A DNA stretch of 64,000 bases from Candidatus Thorarchaeota archaeon (GCA_019057475.1 DXJO01000010.1:43460-107459), one strand, 5' to 3'; counted from the stretch's first letter, positions 9,741-19,163 are shown. Made by a program: numbers and translations. The notes: generated from the letters alone by a model not told the origin.

Positions 9741-10058
9741 ATGGCAGACAAAGCTGAAAACGCGAAAGCCTTTGGCTTGCTTTTAGCTCAGGCGTGGGAG
9801 AATATACCCTCCTTCATCTGCAGCAACGATGATTACATGTATGTATTGTATCCCGTTGACGACACCATGGAGAAGTGGATTGAGGCGTCGATTACTTTTC
9901 CCGATGGCACTTTTGATCAACAAGAAATACCTCCAATTAGGGCTATCGCCCTTCTAGTCGAGGAGCTCAAGGTGTTGTCCAGCTACGGTGTTGAGTCATT
10001 GGTTTCATCAAAGGGCAAACTTGACGCGGCAGCAGGACGACTAGGAACCCTCACATGA
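9741..10058 (+). CDS. Hypothetical protein.
   Basis: ORF only. No recognisable motif. Confidence 0.3.
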   Translation: MADKAENAKAFGLLLAQAWENIPSFICSNDDYMYVLYPVDDTMEKWIEASITFPDGTFDQQEIPPIRAIALLVEELKVLSSYGVESLVSSKGKLDAAAGRLGTLT

Positions 10059-10089
10059 CATAGAGGTTTCTGCATCCGAACTGGGCTCT

Positions 10090-10920
10090 ATGCTCTTGGT
10101 CCCAATTTCTGAACAAGGACGGTCAAGTCAAATGTCAGACACACTTGTTGTATGTTCTTCTTGCGGGGAAGAAGTGCCTGAAGGCAGGTTCTGCAAATCA
10201 TGTGGCAGGCCACTTCATGAACATTCAGATTTGATTGATTTCGATGATGAAAAAGACGCTCCTCCTTTGATTGTTCCCATCTCCGATGAGCCTCTTAGGC
10301 TGCCTGAGTTTGGTGTTATAGTCAAGGGGATGGATGAGAAAGCATTGTGCAGTCTTCTGGCTCGGACTGAGATTTCCGTATTGGATATCGAGTTGGATAA
10401 CCTAATAGAGGAGGTTCAGGCGACAAGACAAGCGTTACGTCTGGAACATGCAGACAAGGGCGCCCTCGCAGCCAGAGCGGAACACTTGCGCGAAACCCTA
10501 GAGAGAGCGAAGAAGCGCAGGAATGCGTTATTGGAAGTCAGGTGGAATCTGAAGATTGAGCAGATCATTGAGGAACTAGACAGTCTAGAGTCCAAAATAT
10601 CAAAGCTCAAAGGGATGCGGTCTTCTGTGGACAAGGAAGTCTACCAAGAGCAGGGCGAACGCATCACCAAGAAGATCAAGGTTTTAAAGAAGGAGTTCGG
10701 TCCCGCAAAAAAAGAAGCACGTGGTTGGTTCAAGCGAATGACAAAGGCGCAGAAGGAACTCCTGCGTGAGGGCAATCGGCTGGATGCGAAGCATAAGATT
10801 GGGGACCTCTCTGATCGTATCTACAGAGAATCCAGGTCAAAGGTTGATAGATCCCTTGTGATTCTTGAGGGTGGTTTAGAGATACTGGACGGAATAATGA
10901 AAACTGCCGAGAAAATGTAA
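10090..10920 (+). CDS. Zn-ribbon protein with a long K/E-rich coiled coil.
   Basis: CSSCGEEVPEGRFCKSCGRPL followed by about 180 aa of heptad-like charged repeats. An alternative start is at MSDTLVV. Confidence 0.45.
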   Translation: MLLVPISEQGRSSQMSDTLVVCSSCGEEVPEGRFCKSCGRPLHEHSDLIDFDDEKDAPPLIVPISDEPLRLPEFGVIVKGMDEKALCSLLARTEISVLDIELDNLIEEVQATRQALRLEHADKGALAARAEHLRETLERAKKRRNALLEVRWNLKIEQIIEELDSLESKISKLKGMRSSVDKEVYQEQGERITKKIKVLKKEFGPAKKEARGWFKRMTKAQKELLREGNRLDAKHKIGDLSDRIYRESRSKVDRSLVILEGGLEILDGIMKTAEKM

Positions 10921-10924
10921 TTGG

Positions 10925-11260
10925 GTGATTCATATGACACAAGCAATTCTTCCGGATTGCACACCTTACTGCAAGAGTTTTAGATGCGGCCGGGACCCCC
11001 CAGCGATAGAGATATCGGTGAAGGAGGGCCGCAAGGTAGTGTGGTGTACATGGGTAAACGATGACTGTGATGGACCTTGGTGCAAGTTTGGCGCATGTGC
11101 AGAACGTAAGATGACGAGTAGTGGCAAGTGTAGCCGGGTGAAGAAGGAAGCCGCCAAAGCGAAGCCTGGCCATTTTGAAACGCCGGTGGATCCCGAGAGG
11201 GTACTAGACGAGAAATCTTACAAGCTCTTCAAGAAGACGCGCGGCACGGGTAATACATAA
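10925..11260 (+). CDS. Cys-rich small protein (putative metal-binding).
   Basis: About 10 Cys in the first 75 residues (CTPYCKSFRCG...CTWVNDDCDGPWCKFGAC). Confidence 0.35.
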   Translation: MIHMTQAILPDCTPYCKSFRCGRDPPAIEISVKEGRKVVWCTWVNDDCDGPWCKFGACAERKMTSSGKCSRVKKEAAKAKPGHFETPVDPERVLDEKSYKLFKKTRGTGNT

Positions 11261-11338
11261 CACCCATCCCATAGGTCTGCCCCACAATGTCTATAAGTGA
11301 CACGAGAAGGTCAGCACTGTCAGGCACGGTGTACAGAA

Positions 11339-11464
11339 ATGTTTGAAGAAATCAGACCCGAGATGAGAGCGCTGATCTACTTCATGATTGGGATGTCGCT
11401 CTTAGGAATCGGAATTCTTTTGGAACAAGCTGCTTTTGCACTAGGCTTCTTGGGTCCACCTTAG
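11339..11464 (+). CDS. Possible 41-aa single-TM micro-protein.
   Basis: MFEEIRPEMRALIYFMIGMSLLGIGILLEQAAFALGFLGPP in an otherwise empty 230-nt gap. It may equally be non-coding. Confidence 0.2.
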   Translation: MFEEIRPEMRALIYFMIGMSLLGIGILLEQAAFALGFLGPP

Positions 11465-11488
11465 TTACCACCCAGGCGACCAGTAGAG

Positions 11489-12481
11489 TTGTTTTCATTG
11501 ATGAATCTTGAAGAACTCGTTCGCTTCCTACTTAACTTCGAAGGGATATCACGGAAGTTCGTCCTCCCCAGTATCATTAACAAGCTCAGGCGGGACTCGT
11601 ATGGCGGCGACATCTCTCACTCTCTGGGCGAGGATTCCGCTGCCATTGGGACCGACTGCGATGACTTTATTCTTCTAACAACAGATGCAATCGTTGAGGA
11701 TCTCTGCATAAACAACCCTCATGCGGCTGGGTTCAACGTTGTGTTGGCAAATGTCATGGACATATACGCAGCAGGTGGGATCCCTAACTCCTTTGCTGTC
11801 GCACTCTCATACTCTGATTCTCACATTGGTGAAATGATGCTCCAAGGCTTGATAGATGCCTCACACTCATTCAGAGTCCCGATAGTAAGAGGGCATACGA
11901 ATCCTGCTTCAACGTCAACCTATGTGGTTGGGTCCTCTACTGGGAGCGTTCTGAAGGAGGAACTGCTCACGGCAGGAGGTGCACTTCCTGGCGATTCGCT
12001 TATCCTCCTCTTTGACAAGGTCGGCAATAGAGGGCGTGCATATGAATTGGGTTGGGACTCGGTTACCGGTTGTGAGTCTTCAGTTATTGTAGAGCGACTA
12101 TCTGTGATGAATGATTTAGCTCATAAACAGCTTCTCAACGCGTCGAAGGATGTTTCCGTCGCTGGGCTTGTCGGAACTGCCGGTATGCTTGTCGAATATT
12201 CCGGAATGGGTGGAGTGATTGACATTGATGCAGTAGAAACCTCGCGACCTAAGTCAATTCCGCTCACTGACTGGTTGCGGATGTACATCTCACTTGGCTT
12301 TCTTGTATCAGTTTCACATGCCAACATCAGTGCTGTGAGGAAAGTCGCAGAAGATCACGGGATGACGATGACTGAGGTTGGCGTGGTTGATAACTCAACA
12401 TCTTTGAGATTGAGAAGAGGTTCGGAGGAAGTGATTATGTTCGACTTCTCAAAGGGACCGATTCTTACGCCTCGTGGTTAG
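11489..12481 (+). CDS. AIR-synthase-related (PurM-superfamily) protein, ThiL/HypE-like.
   Basis: GEDSAAIG...LLTTDAIVED...VMDIYAAGG PurM-type motifs. Confidence 0.5.
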   Translation: MFSLMNLEELVRFLLNFEGISRKFVLPSIINKLRRDSYGGDISHSLGEDSAAIGTDCDDFILLTTDAIVEDLCINNPHAAGFNVVLANVMDIYAAGGIPNSFAVALSYSDSHIGEMMLQGLIDASHSFRVPIVRGHTNPASTSTYVVGSSTGSVLKEELLTAGGALPGDSLILLFDKVGNRGRAYELGWDSVTGCESSVIVERLSVMNDLAHKQLLNASKDVSVAGLVGTAGMLVEYSGMGGVIDIDAVETSRPKSIPLTDWLRMYISLGFLVSVSHANISAVRKVAEDHGMTMTEVGVVDNSTSLRLRRGSEEVIMFDFSKGPILTPRG

Positions 12482-12539
12482 CGTGTTGACTACGTTGCCG
12501 TCATAGTTATAATGGTGCCAGACTGGTTCATCAATTGAA

Positions 12540-12770
12540 GTGACAGCCTTGGATAAATCGGGTAAGAAGACCTGCAGCATAGTGGGATGCAATAAGGATT
12601 CAAAGAGGGCATTCGCTACTACTCGGATTGCTGAGAGCGTCGCGAGCACGGGTCTAAAAGTGAAAGACACGCGGTCCCGGAAGACTTACCTGTGTCAGGA
12701 CCACTGGAAGATAGTAAAGAAGGCTTTCAAGAAGGATACCAAGGCTGAACGCATGCGTTGGGGGCATTAA
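12540..12770 (+). CDS. Small basic Cys/His protein (putative Zn-binding).
   Basis: CSIVGCNKD...CQDHW. Short ORF between two genes. Confidence 0.3.
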   Translation: MTALDKSGKKTCSIVGCNKDSKRAFATTRIAESVASTGLKVKDTRSRKTYLCQDHWKIVKKAFKKDTKAERMRWGH

Positions 12771-12826
12771 AGCAAATAGACCCCTCTCGATTTCGCTACA
12801 CCCTTGGGAACTCTTGAGATGGGAGG

Positions 12827-13183
12827 ATGGGCCGGGTGGACAAAGATGCTGGCAGGGTTGAGAACCTAAAGCCAAATTACAAGCTGTGGCTTGAACAGGA
12901 TGGCCAGTATGTGTTTGGACTGGGCGCCTATAACATTTTGAAGAGCATCCACGAAGCGGGAACCATCACTGAGGGGGCCAAGGCTTTGAGTATGTCTTAT
13001 CGATATGCTTGGGGTGTGATCAAGAAAATCGAAATCACACTTGGTGTCAAATTGCTTGAAACTTACAAGGGGGGCAACGTTGGCGGTGGGGGCGCTAGAG
13101 TCACCGAACATGGGTTGAAGCTCATGAAGATGTTCGATGGTGCTAGGACTGCTGTAGACAAAGCATTCAGGAAAAGCCCCTAG
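12827..13183 (+). CDS. ModE-type N-terminal winged-HTH regulator (molybdate/tungstate-responsive family, no TOBE domains).
   Basis: AKALSMSYRYAW...KGGNVGGGGARVTEHG matches the ModE N-terminal signature. Confidence 0.55.
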   Translation: MGRVDKDAGRVENLKPNYKLWLEQDGQYVFGLGAYNILKSIHEAGTITEGAKALSMSYRYAWGVIKKIEITLGVKLLETYKGGNVGGGGARVTEHGLKLMKMFDGARTAVDKAFRKSP

Positions 13184-13189
13184 GAATAT

Positions 13190-14257
13190 CTACGCGAATC
13201 TGAACACGATGGCATTGTTCGGACAGTGGCTCTTGCACTCAAGACACATTATGCAGTCTGCAGAATGCATGTGCTGATATGGGAATTTCCGTATTCGGAT
13301 ATTCATCGGGCAAACAACTTCACACACATTGCAAGTGTCCGGTGTGCATAACGCAGGATTCCTACCGATTCCTATCAATGCGTCTCGCGAGAATATACCA
13401 TAGAACCAACCTGCCGGGCAGAGCCATCTGCAGAACCATCTTGGGAACCAGATTGCCACAATCGCGACAAGAACTGCGAATATGAGTTGCAACCAGAACA
13501 CAAGACCCCAAGTCTGTAGAATCCACAAGCTGTCAAATCCTGTAGGCCATATCTGCTCCGAAGCAAGTACAAAGATAATGTATGCGGGGTTAAAGGGATC
13601 AAAGGGCGCAATGGCAAGAGGACCCAGTAATTCAACGAGAGCATCTGCTGTGCCCAACGCACGACTTATGCCCACCCACAAAGCCAGAAACACCACAAAG
13701 AAGAAGACATACGCCTTCAACTTGCGCAGTTCGCTTTCTGTTCCAGGAGCGGGACGAATCTTGCTTCTGTTTGGAAGGGTAGCAAAATCTTGGATTGTAC
13801 CAATGGGACAAATCCATCCGCATGCAGACCTGCCCAGAATCACTAGGATAATGAGCATCGCACCCAGCGTGAAGAATGGAAATGATGCACTAGTGAACTC
13901 CCTTAGCATTGTGTCGAAGGATCCAGCCATCACAGCAAAAGGCGCCTCCAAGGGCGCGATGATTGGCAATGTTGGAAGGTACTCCGCCACGGAAGTCCAA
14001 AAGTCGGTAAGCCAGTCTAGACCCCACCAAGCGGCGAAGATGTAGCCATTGATGGCAACAAAGAACAGTATCTGAACTACTCGGCGTAGCATTCTCACAT
14101 TGAATATCAGTCCAAGCGGATTCGACAGAGTTGACCTTTTGAATCTCGAAGGCGCTTCGCTCTTCTCTTCTTTAGTAGCGATGTCTTCTGGTTCGGCCTC
14201 TTCTTCTACTTCATTTGCGTCTTCAGGCCTTTTGACATCCTCTGCCATAGAATTCAA
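13190..14257 (-). CDS. NapH/MauN-like membrane polyferredoxin.
   Basis: TM helices with CGWICPIGT and CRWLCPAGW half-sites. C-terminal 2x CxxCxxCxxxCP ferredoxin motifs. 40-aa acidic N-terminal tail. Confidence 0.6.
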   Translation of the reverse strand: MNSMAEDVKRPEDANEVEEEAEPEDIATKEEKSEAPSRFKRSTLSNPLGLIFNVRMLRRVVQILFFVAINGYIFAAWWGLDWLTDFWTSVAEYLPTLPIIAPLEAPFAVMAGSFDTMLREFTSASFPFFTLGAMLIILVILGRSACGWICPIGTIQDFATLPNRSKIRPAPGTESELRKLKAYVFFFVVFLALWVGISRALGTADALVELLGPLAIAPFDPFNPAYIIFVLASEQIWPTGFDSLWILQTWGLVFWLQLIFAVLVAIVAIWFPRWFCRWLCPAGWFYGIFSRDALIGIGRNPALCTPDTCNVCEVVCPMNIRIRKFPYQHMHSADCIMCLECKSHCPNNAIVFRFA

Positions 14258-14347
14258 TCCTTGCCCTTGGCGTCGTGGCCGCGAAGACCTTGACCAACAT
14301 TAAAAACGTTGCGTTGAGCCGGGGGCCTTCATTCGGTGAGGTGGCTC

Positions 14348-14752
14348 CTACAACTCGGTAAAAATCAACTCGATGATGCCTGCAACCATTGCAATGTGCA
14401 TCAGATGTGGTCCTGATCTACTGGGAGATTGCAAGGAGATTGGATGGCTGTAGCCCTCTTCCCACGTAGTAATCAGTCCCCCTGAGCTTTGAAATGATAC
14501 AGTGAGAGTTGACCCCTCTGCAGAAACAGTCACACCGGTGGGGATATTGATCTCAATGATAGTGTTGTTTGCTCCCGTGTCCACAAGCTGGGTCTCGTTA
14601 TGAACTCGTTCTGAGAAATTCTGTGCTAACTCGAGCTGGGTGGCGTTTCCCAACGTGTCGACTGCGAACAGCAGAATCGGGATTCCAACAAGCACAACTG
14701 TCGTGAGGCCGATGGCAATCAACATCAGCTTCTCTAGAGACCGTGACACCAT
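14348..14752 (-). CDS. Hypothetical membrane-anchored protein (pilin/class-III-signal-like N-terminus).
   Basis: Charged N-terminus, then a hydrophobic helix, then a T/S/N-rich beta-rich region. Confidence 0.3.
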   Translation of the reverse strand: MVSRSLEKLMLIAIGLTTVVLVGIPILLFAVDTLGNATQLELAQNFSERVHNETQLVDTGANNTIIEINIPTGVTVSAEGSTLTVSFQSSGGLITTWEEGYSHPISLQSPSRSGPHLMHIAMVAGIIELIFTEL

Positions 14753-14851
14753 AACTAGTTGTTATGCGGGCCTCCCAATAAACTGCTCTAAGCTGAATAG
14801 TCATGACCAAGGTTTTAACACCGCTCACGCACATTGCTTGGATGAATAGAA

Positions 14852-16249
14852 ATGGAGCAGCTGATTCCTGTCCATGTAGGCCTGCTTGGTCACATCGACC
14901 ATGGCAAGACTGAGCTAGCTAGAGCTTTGAGCGAAAAGGTCTCCACAGCTGGCTTGGACGGCCATCCGCAGGCCAAGAGCCGAGGCATTACGATAGATCT
15001 TGGCTTCTCAATGTTCGTGTTGGACAATTATCTTGTTACGCTCGTTGACGCTCCCGGTCATGCAGATCTCATTAGGAGCGTTGTATCCGGGACGAACATA
15101 ATTGACGCTGCAATCCTGACAGTCGCTGCCAACGAAGGACCCATGGTGCAAACAGGAGAGCACATTGTGGTTCTCCAGTCCATGGGAATTGACACTGTAA
15201 TTGTTGCGATAACCAAGGTCGACTTGGTCGATAGCGAAGTGCTCGCCAAGGTCATTGAGAGGACAAAAAGTGCATTGAGCGATTCAGGAGTGTCGACTGA
15301 CTATTTCATCCCGATTTCCGCTACTACTGGCTTAGGCATTGAACAGCTCAAGGATGCACTGGCTGCAATCCTAGAGCCTCGACAGCGTGACGTGAAAGGT
15401 TCCTTACTGATGCCGATAGACCATGCGTTTCCAATCAAGGGCCATGGCACAGTTCTTACTGGCACGATTCTACGTGGTCAGGTTTCAGTTGGAGACACTA
15501 TACAGGTGATGCCTCAAGGTTCAATGGCTAAAATCAGATCCCTGCAAACATACGGCGACGAGCGTAGAACTGCGAAGGCAGGCGACAGAGTGGGCGCCAA
15601 TATCCCCGACTTGGATGACAAGATGATTAGTCGCGGTGATTATGTGTGCACTCCAGGCTCCATGACAAAGACAACAGGGATCATTGCCCGTATTCGTATC
15701 AACCCGCTGTATCGTGGCAGAGTGACAAGCAGAATGGTGCTTAACGCCACGGTGGGTATGCCGAATGTGATATCAGAGATTATTCCATTTGAGACCGAGA
15801 ATGATATCCGCATCGCCGTTTCAGACATTGGAAATGATGAGTTTGACGCGGCCATTTTGTTCAAGAGGATAATTGGCACAGAACTTGGACTCCGGCTTCT
15901 TCTAATGCGCACTGATCTGCCTCCTACAGTCATGCGGATAATCGGCGCAGGCGAAGTCACGGATATTCCTACGGAAATTCGCTTGTTTAAGAAGAAGGTC
16001 CGGGTTGGCAGGGTGTCCCGAATTCGTGAGGCCGACGTGCTGGTCGAGGGGCTTGCCTCCAAGAAGGAGATTGCTGACTCACTCAAGGGTGTTTTTATCA
16101 AGACACGGAATGATGTGAAAGGAGTGATTGAACAGCCCTTTGGCACACGTGGAGTAGTGTCAGCTACATTTGATAACCCCGTGGAAGAAGGTGAAGATAT
16201 CATCTATGAGCGGCTGGGTAAAGAGGAGGTATATCGATTTGGACAATGA
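14852..16249 (+). CDS. selB: Selenocysteine-specific elongation factor (archaeal aSelB/eEFSec type).
   Basis: GHIDHGKT, DAPGH, ITKVD GTPase motifs and RGITIDLGF. About 465 aa with a short domain IV. Its 3' end overlaps SepSecS. Confidence 0.75.
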   Translation: MEQLIPVHVGLLGHIDHGKTELARALSEKVSTAGLDGHPQAKSRGITIDLGFSMFVLDNYLVTLVDAPGHADLIRSVVSGTNIIDAAILTVAANEGPMVQTGEHIVVLQSMGIDTVIVAITKVDLVDSEVLAKVIERTKSALSDSGVSTDYFIPISATTGLGIEQLKDALAAILEPRQRDVKGSLLMPIDHAFPIKGHGTVLTGTILRGQVSVGDTIQVMPQGSMAKIRSLQTYGDERRTAKAGDRVGANIPDLDDKMISRGDYVCTPGSMTKTTGIIARIRINPLYRGRVTSRMVLNATVGMPNVISEIIPFETENDIRIAVSDIGNDEFDAAILFKRIIGTELGLRLLLMRTDLPPTVMRIIGAGEVTDIPTEIRLFKKKVRVGRVSRIREADVLVEGLASKKEIADSLKGVFIKTRNDVKGVIEQPFGTRGVVSATFDNPVEEGEDIIYERLGKEEVYRFGQ

Positions 16250-17555
16250 TATCGAAAAACGGTTGACTGACCTTATACCTGAAAACATGGCCCGTCGCGG
16301 CCGCATCACGATTGACGCATTATTGGCTCCAGTGAAGGACATTCTAAACAGACAGAGATTCCCTGACAGGCCTCTCACGGAACGTCAGGTGGAGCTGATG
16401 TTTACACTCCTCTCTTCAATGGATACCGATAAGGATCCCGCAGCTGCCCGGGTTGGCGAAAGAGAAGGTCGAACTATCTCGCCTCTTCTTGATCGTCTAT
16501 CTGCTGGTTTCAACCACGGAATTGGCCGAAGCGGCCACCTCATGGCGCCGCAACCAAAGGCTGCAGGTGCCTCTCTGATGCAGCAGGTGACAAATCATGT
16601 TGCCCTTGATGCTATTCGACGGTTAGGCCTTGAGAACGTCCGGGCAGGATTAGTTACCCCCTTGTCAACTGGAATGAGCATTGCTCTGATACTTGGCGCA
16701 TTGCGTCGCACCTTGGGCATCAAAGAAGTTCTCTATCCGCGTATTGATCATGCATCTCCTCGTCGGGCGATTTCATTCGCTGGTCTTCAGGAAATTCGCG
16801 TTTCCACGATTCTTGAAGGAGATGCAGTGCGGGTTGATCTTGCAGAGCTTGAAAGCCGTCTGTCAAAGAGAAATGAAGCAGCTGTACTTGCCACAACCAC
16901 GTTCTTTCCCCCTCGCGAGTCGGACCCGGTGAAAGATATCGCCAAGCTGTGCGCTGAGAGTGGTGCTCCCTTAGTAATCAATAACGCCTATGGGGTTCAA
17001 TCGGAAGCCATCATGCATAGTATTCGATCTGCAATAGATGCGGGACGAGTTGATGCAGTGGTTCAGAGCAGCGACAAGAATTTTCTCACTCCTGTCGGAG
17101 GATCCATTATTGTTTCACCAGACAAGGAGATTATCGATAGTACTGCTGAAACATATGCAGGCAGAGCCACTGCAGCGCCGGTTGTTCAGACCCTTGCAGC
17201 ATTGTTACTGACTGGCCACGAGGAGTATACACGACTTCAAGCTGAGCAGATTGAAAACCTCACTTACTTGAGGGAACAACTGAGCTCCGTTGCTGACTCA
17301 ATAGGACAAAGACTGTTGGAGGTCGAGAACCACGTGGCATGTGCTATGACTCTGAATGGTCTGAATGCAAGAGAGATAGGTGCTCGGCTCTACAACTTGA
17401 GAGTGACAGGGCCGCGCGTTGTGGAAAAGGGAGAAGAGGGGTCTTCCGTTGATAACTATCCCCACGACTACATCGTGATGAACGCAGCGATAGGAGCGAA
17501 GAGAGAACATATAGAGCAAGCTGCAGTGAAGCTTCATAAGGCGGCCAGTAAGTAG
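16206..17555 (+). CDS. spcS: O-phosphoseryl-tRNA(Sec) selenium transferase (SepSecS).
   Basis: Colinear with SepSecS as I recall the M. jannaschii sequence: ARVGEREGR, GIGRSGHLMAPQPKAAGAS, TTFFPPRESD, VVQSSDKNFLTPVGG (PLP lysine region), YNLRVTGPR, HDYIVMNAAIG. Confidence 0.85.
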   Translation: MSGWVKRRYIDLDNDIEKRLTDLIPENMARRGRITIDALLAPVKDILNRQRFPDRPLTERQVELMFTLLSSMDTDKDPAAARVGEREGRTISPLLDRLSAGFNHGIGRSGHLMAPQPKAAGASLMQQVTNHVALDAIRRLGLENVRAGLVTPLSTGMSIALILGALRRTLGIKEVLYPRIDHASPRRAISFAGLQEIRVSTILEGDAVRVDLAELESRLSKRNEAAVLATTTFFPPRESDPVKDIAKLCAESGAPLVINNAYGVQSEAIMHSIRSAIDAGRVDAVVQSSDKNFLTPVGGSIIVSPDKEIIDSTAETYAGRATAAPVVQTLAALLLTGHEEYTRLQAEQIENLTYLREQLSSVADSIGQRLLEVENHVACAMTLNGLNAREIGARLYNLRVTGPRVVEKGEEGSSVDNYPHDYIVMNAAIGAKREHIEQAAVKLHKAASK

Positions 17556-17585
17556 TCCAGACAGCTTGAACGGAGGGCCAAAAGC

Positions 17586-18236
17586 TTGAATGAGCTTGAA
17601 GGCAATGTGAAGGTTTCACGCACACACGAATACGAGAAGACTGACCCGGTCACAGTTTTCAAACTTGCATGGTATGCAATAGCATCAAAGCCAGGTGTCT
17701 TGCTGGCTGATCACAGCGAGGCCGAGAGTCAATCATTCAAAGGTGAAGCAATGTTCACCGCGAAGATTGACCAGAAGCCCATCAAAATAAAGGTCGATGT
17801 CGACGAGGAACAAGGTTCTGTTGAGATGACTGGATGGGGCGAAGATGAAGTTGCCCTCGGCACCTATCTGGATGGTGCAATGGATGCCCTGAAAAAGTCC
17901 AGCGACAAGTATCTCAGTCTTGCAGATGAAGAAAAACAAAAGATCCGAAGAGCACTCATTGCAAAGACGTGCTGGGATCGGATTATCCACAAGATACTCA
18001 ACAAGGCTCCACTCAGCGACATCTATTTCCAGCTGGCACATGGCAGAGAGATGATGATCAAGGCGACTGAAGGTGATGAACTCAACCCAATCACACTCAC
18101 CACGAGTGGATGGTTATCACGGATAGAGCCACTGCCTAAGGACGAGGCACCTCCTGCGGGTCTTGCTACGGAACTGGCAAAGAAATGCATCGAGTGGAAG
18201 AGGGGCACACAGGAAGTCATTCAGAACTTTCTCTAA
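17586..18236 (+). CDS. Hypothetical protein embedded in the Sec locus.
   Basis: 216-aa ORF with normal composition and no known motif. Confidence 0.4.
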   Translation: MNELEGNVKVSRTHEYEKTDPVTVFKLAWYAIASKPGVLLADHSEAESQSFKGEAMFTAKIDQKPIKIKVDVDEEQGSVEMTGWGEDEVALGTYLDGAMDALKKSSDKYLSLADEEKQKIRRALIAKTCWDRIIHKILNKAPLSDIYFQLAHGREMMIKATEGDELNPITLTTSGWLSRIEPLPKDEAPPAGLATELAKKCIEWKRGTQEVIQNFL

Positions 18237-18403
18237 ATGCAGTGTCGATTACGTACGTCGGATTGATTTTAACATACACAATGCATTATCAACTGCAGTA
18301 ACAACATCCGCACTCTACGCAATCATTCGATGTAGACTCAAAGTGAAATTGGCATTAGTCCCGAAAGGTTTCAGTGATATGGGCCTTCGTGAAGAACGCG
18401 GGC

Positions 18404-18787
18404 CTAGCTGTGCTTCTTATGTAACGTGATAGATCCCCCTGCGTGGGGGAATGCTTCAACCTCAATAAGGAATGGGTTCCGCGATTCACCGACCTTTGTC
18501 CACATGACCTGATCGCGACGATAGTATCTGTAATCTGCGCCATTATGTCGAATCTCAATCATTGATGTGGGAGGAAGATCGCTAAGGGATGCAATCTCCA
18601 ACTTTTCTCCGGCTCTGGTCTGCTTGGGCTGAGAAAGGAAGACTGGAAAGATTTCATCATTGATAGGTACAAGCAATGCCACATGCGGACGGTCTACGCA
18701 GTCCCAGAGTTTCGGAACTGGGGGTGTCCTGCACGAGAATGCTCCATATGATGAGCTTAGAGCTTGGAAGATACCTGCATCAATCAC
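18404..18787 (-). CDS. Hypothetical protein.
   Basis: 127-aa ORF. An AT-rich putative promoter lies 5' of it at 18800-18900. Confidence 0.3.
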   Translation of the reverse strand: MIDAGIFQALSSSYGAFSCRTPPVPKLWDCVDRPHVALLVPINDEIFPVFLSQPKQTRAGEKLEIASLSDLPPTSMIEIRHNGADYRYYRRDQVMWTKVGESRNPFLIEVEAFPHAGGSITLHKKHS

Positions 18788-19044
18788 GTGACTCTGGTCT
18801 CCATCGAGTTCCTTGCATGACCCATTCCTAGAGTAAGGAATTACTGTGATATATTAATAATAGATAGCATATAACTATTTATAGTAATTGGTTTGTCATC
18901 TCCACGCAATGGCACACACCTTGGATGCCCATGAACTCCCTTTCCCCGCACGATATCTCTGAGAAATAAGAACCAGGCACATACAACTTCGCATCACAGT
19001 ATGCTACCCTCAGATTTAAGTCGCAATCACGATATTCTGCATTT

Positions 19045-19135
19045 GGCCCCCTACAGAGCTGGTGGTCTGGTTCCGTGGGCTTCAAACCCATGATCGTGCA
19101 AGCGATAAGAGTTCGATTCTCTTAGGAGGCCGCCA
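19045..19135 (+). tRNA. tRNA-Sec (anticodon UCA), folded by hand.
   Basis: Acceptor GGCCCCCTA pairs with TAGGAGGCC (19123-19131), with one C.A mismatch. G73 is at 19132 and CCA is encoded at 19133-19135. D arm is CAGAGC-TGGT-GGTCTG. Anticodon stem is 6 bp, CGTGGG/CCCATG. Anticodon loop is CTTCAAA, with TCA at 19082-19084. Variable hairpin is ATCG-TGCAAG-CGAT. T arm is AGAG-TTCGATT-CTCT. TTTAAG TATA-like box at 19015-19020. Confidence 0.7.
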
Positions 19136-19163
19136 TAGCCGTTTTCCACAAATCTCTCTCTTC

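Noticed and set aside
11489-12481. PurM-superfamily gene considered as selenophosphate synthetase SelD.
   Set aside because: It lacks the N-terminal Gly-rich GxGC(U)K motif. Its motifs fit generic AIR-synthase-related/ThiL-like proteins.
13482-14045. 187-aa + strand ORF.
   Set aside because: It is antisense to the NapH-like polyferredoxin gene. Its composition mirrors the coding strand.
15640-16203. 187-aa minus-strand ORF.
   Set aside because: It lies entirely within and antisense to selB.
18879-19091. 70-aa minus-strand ORF.
   Set aside because: It overlaps the tRNA-Sec gene and its promoter and has no coding signal.
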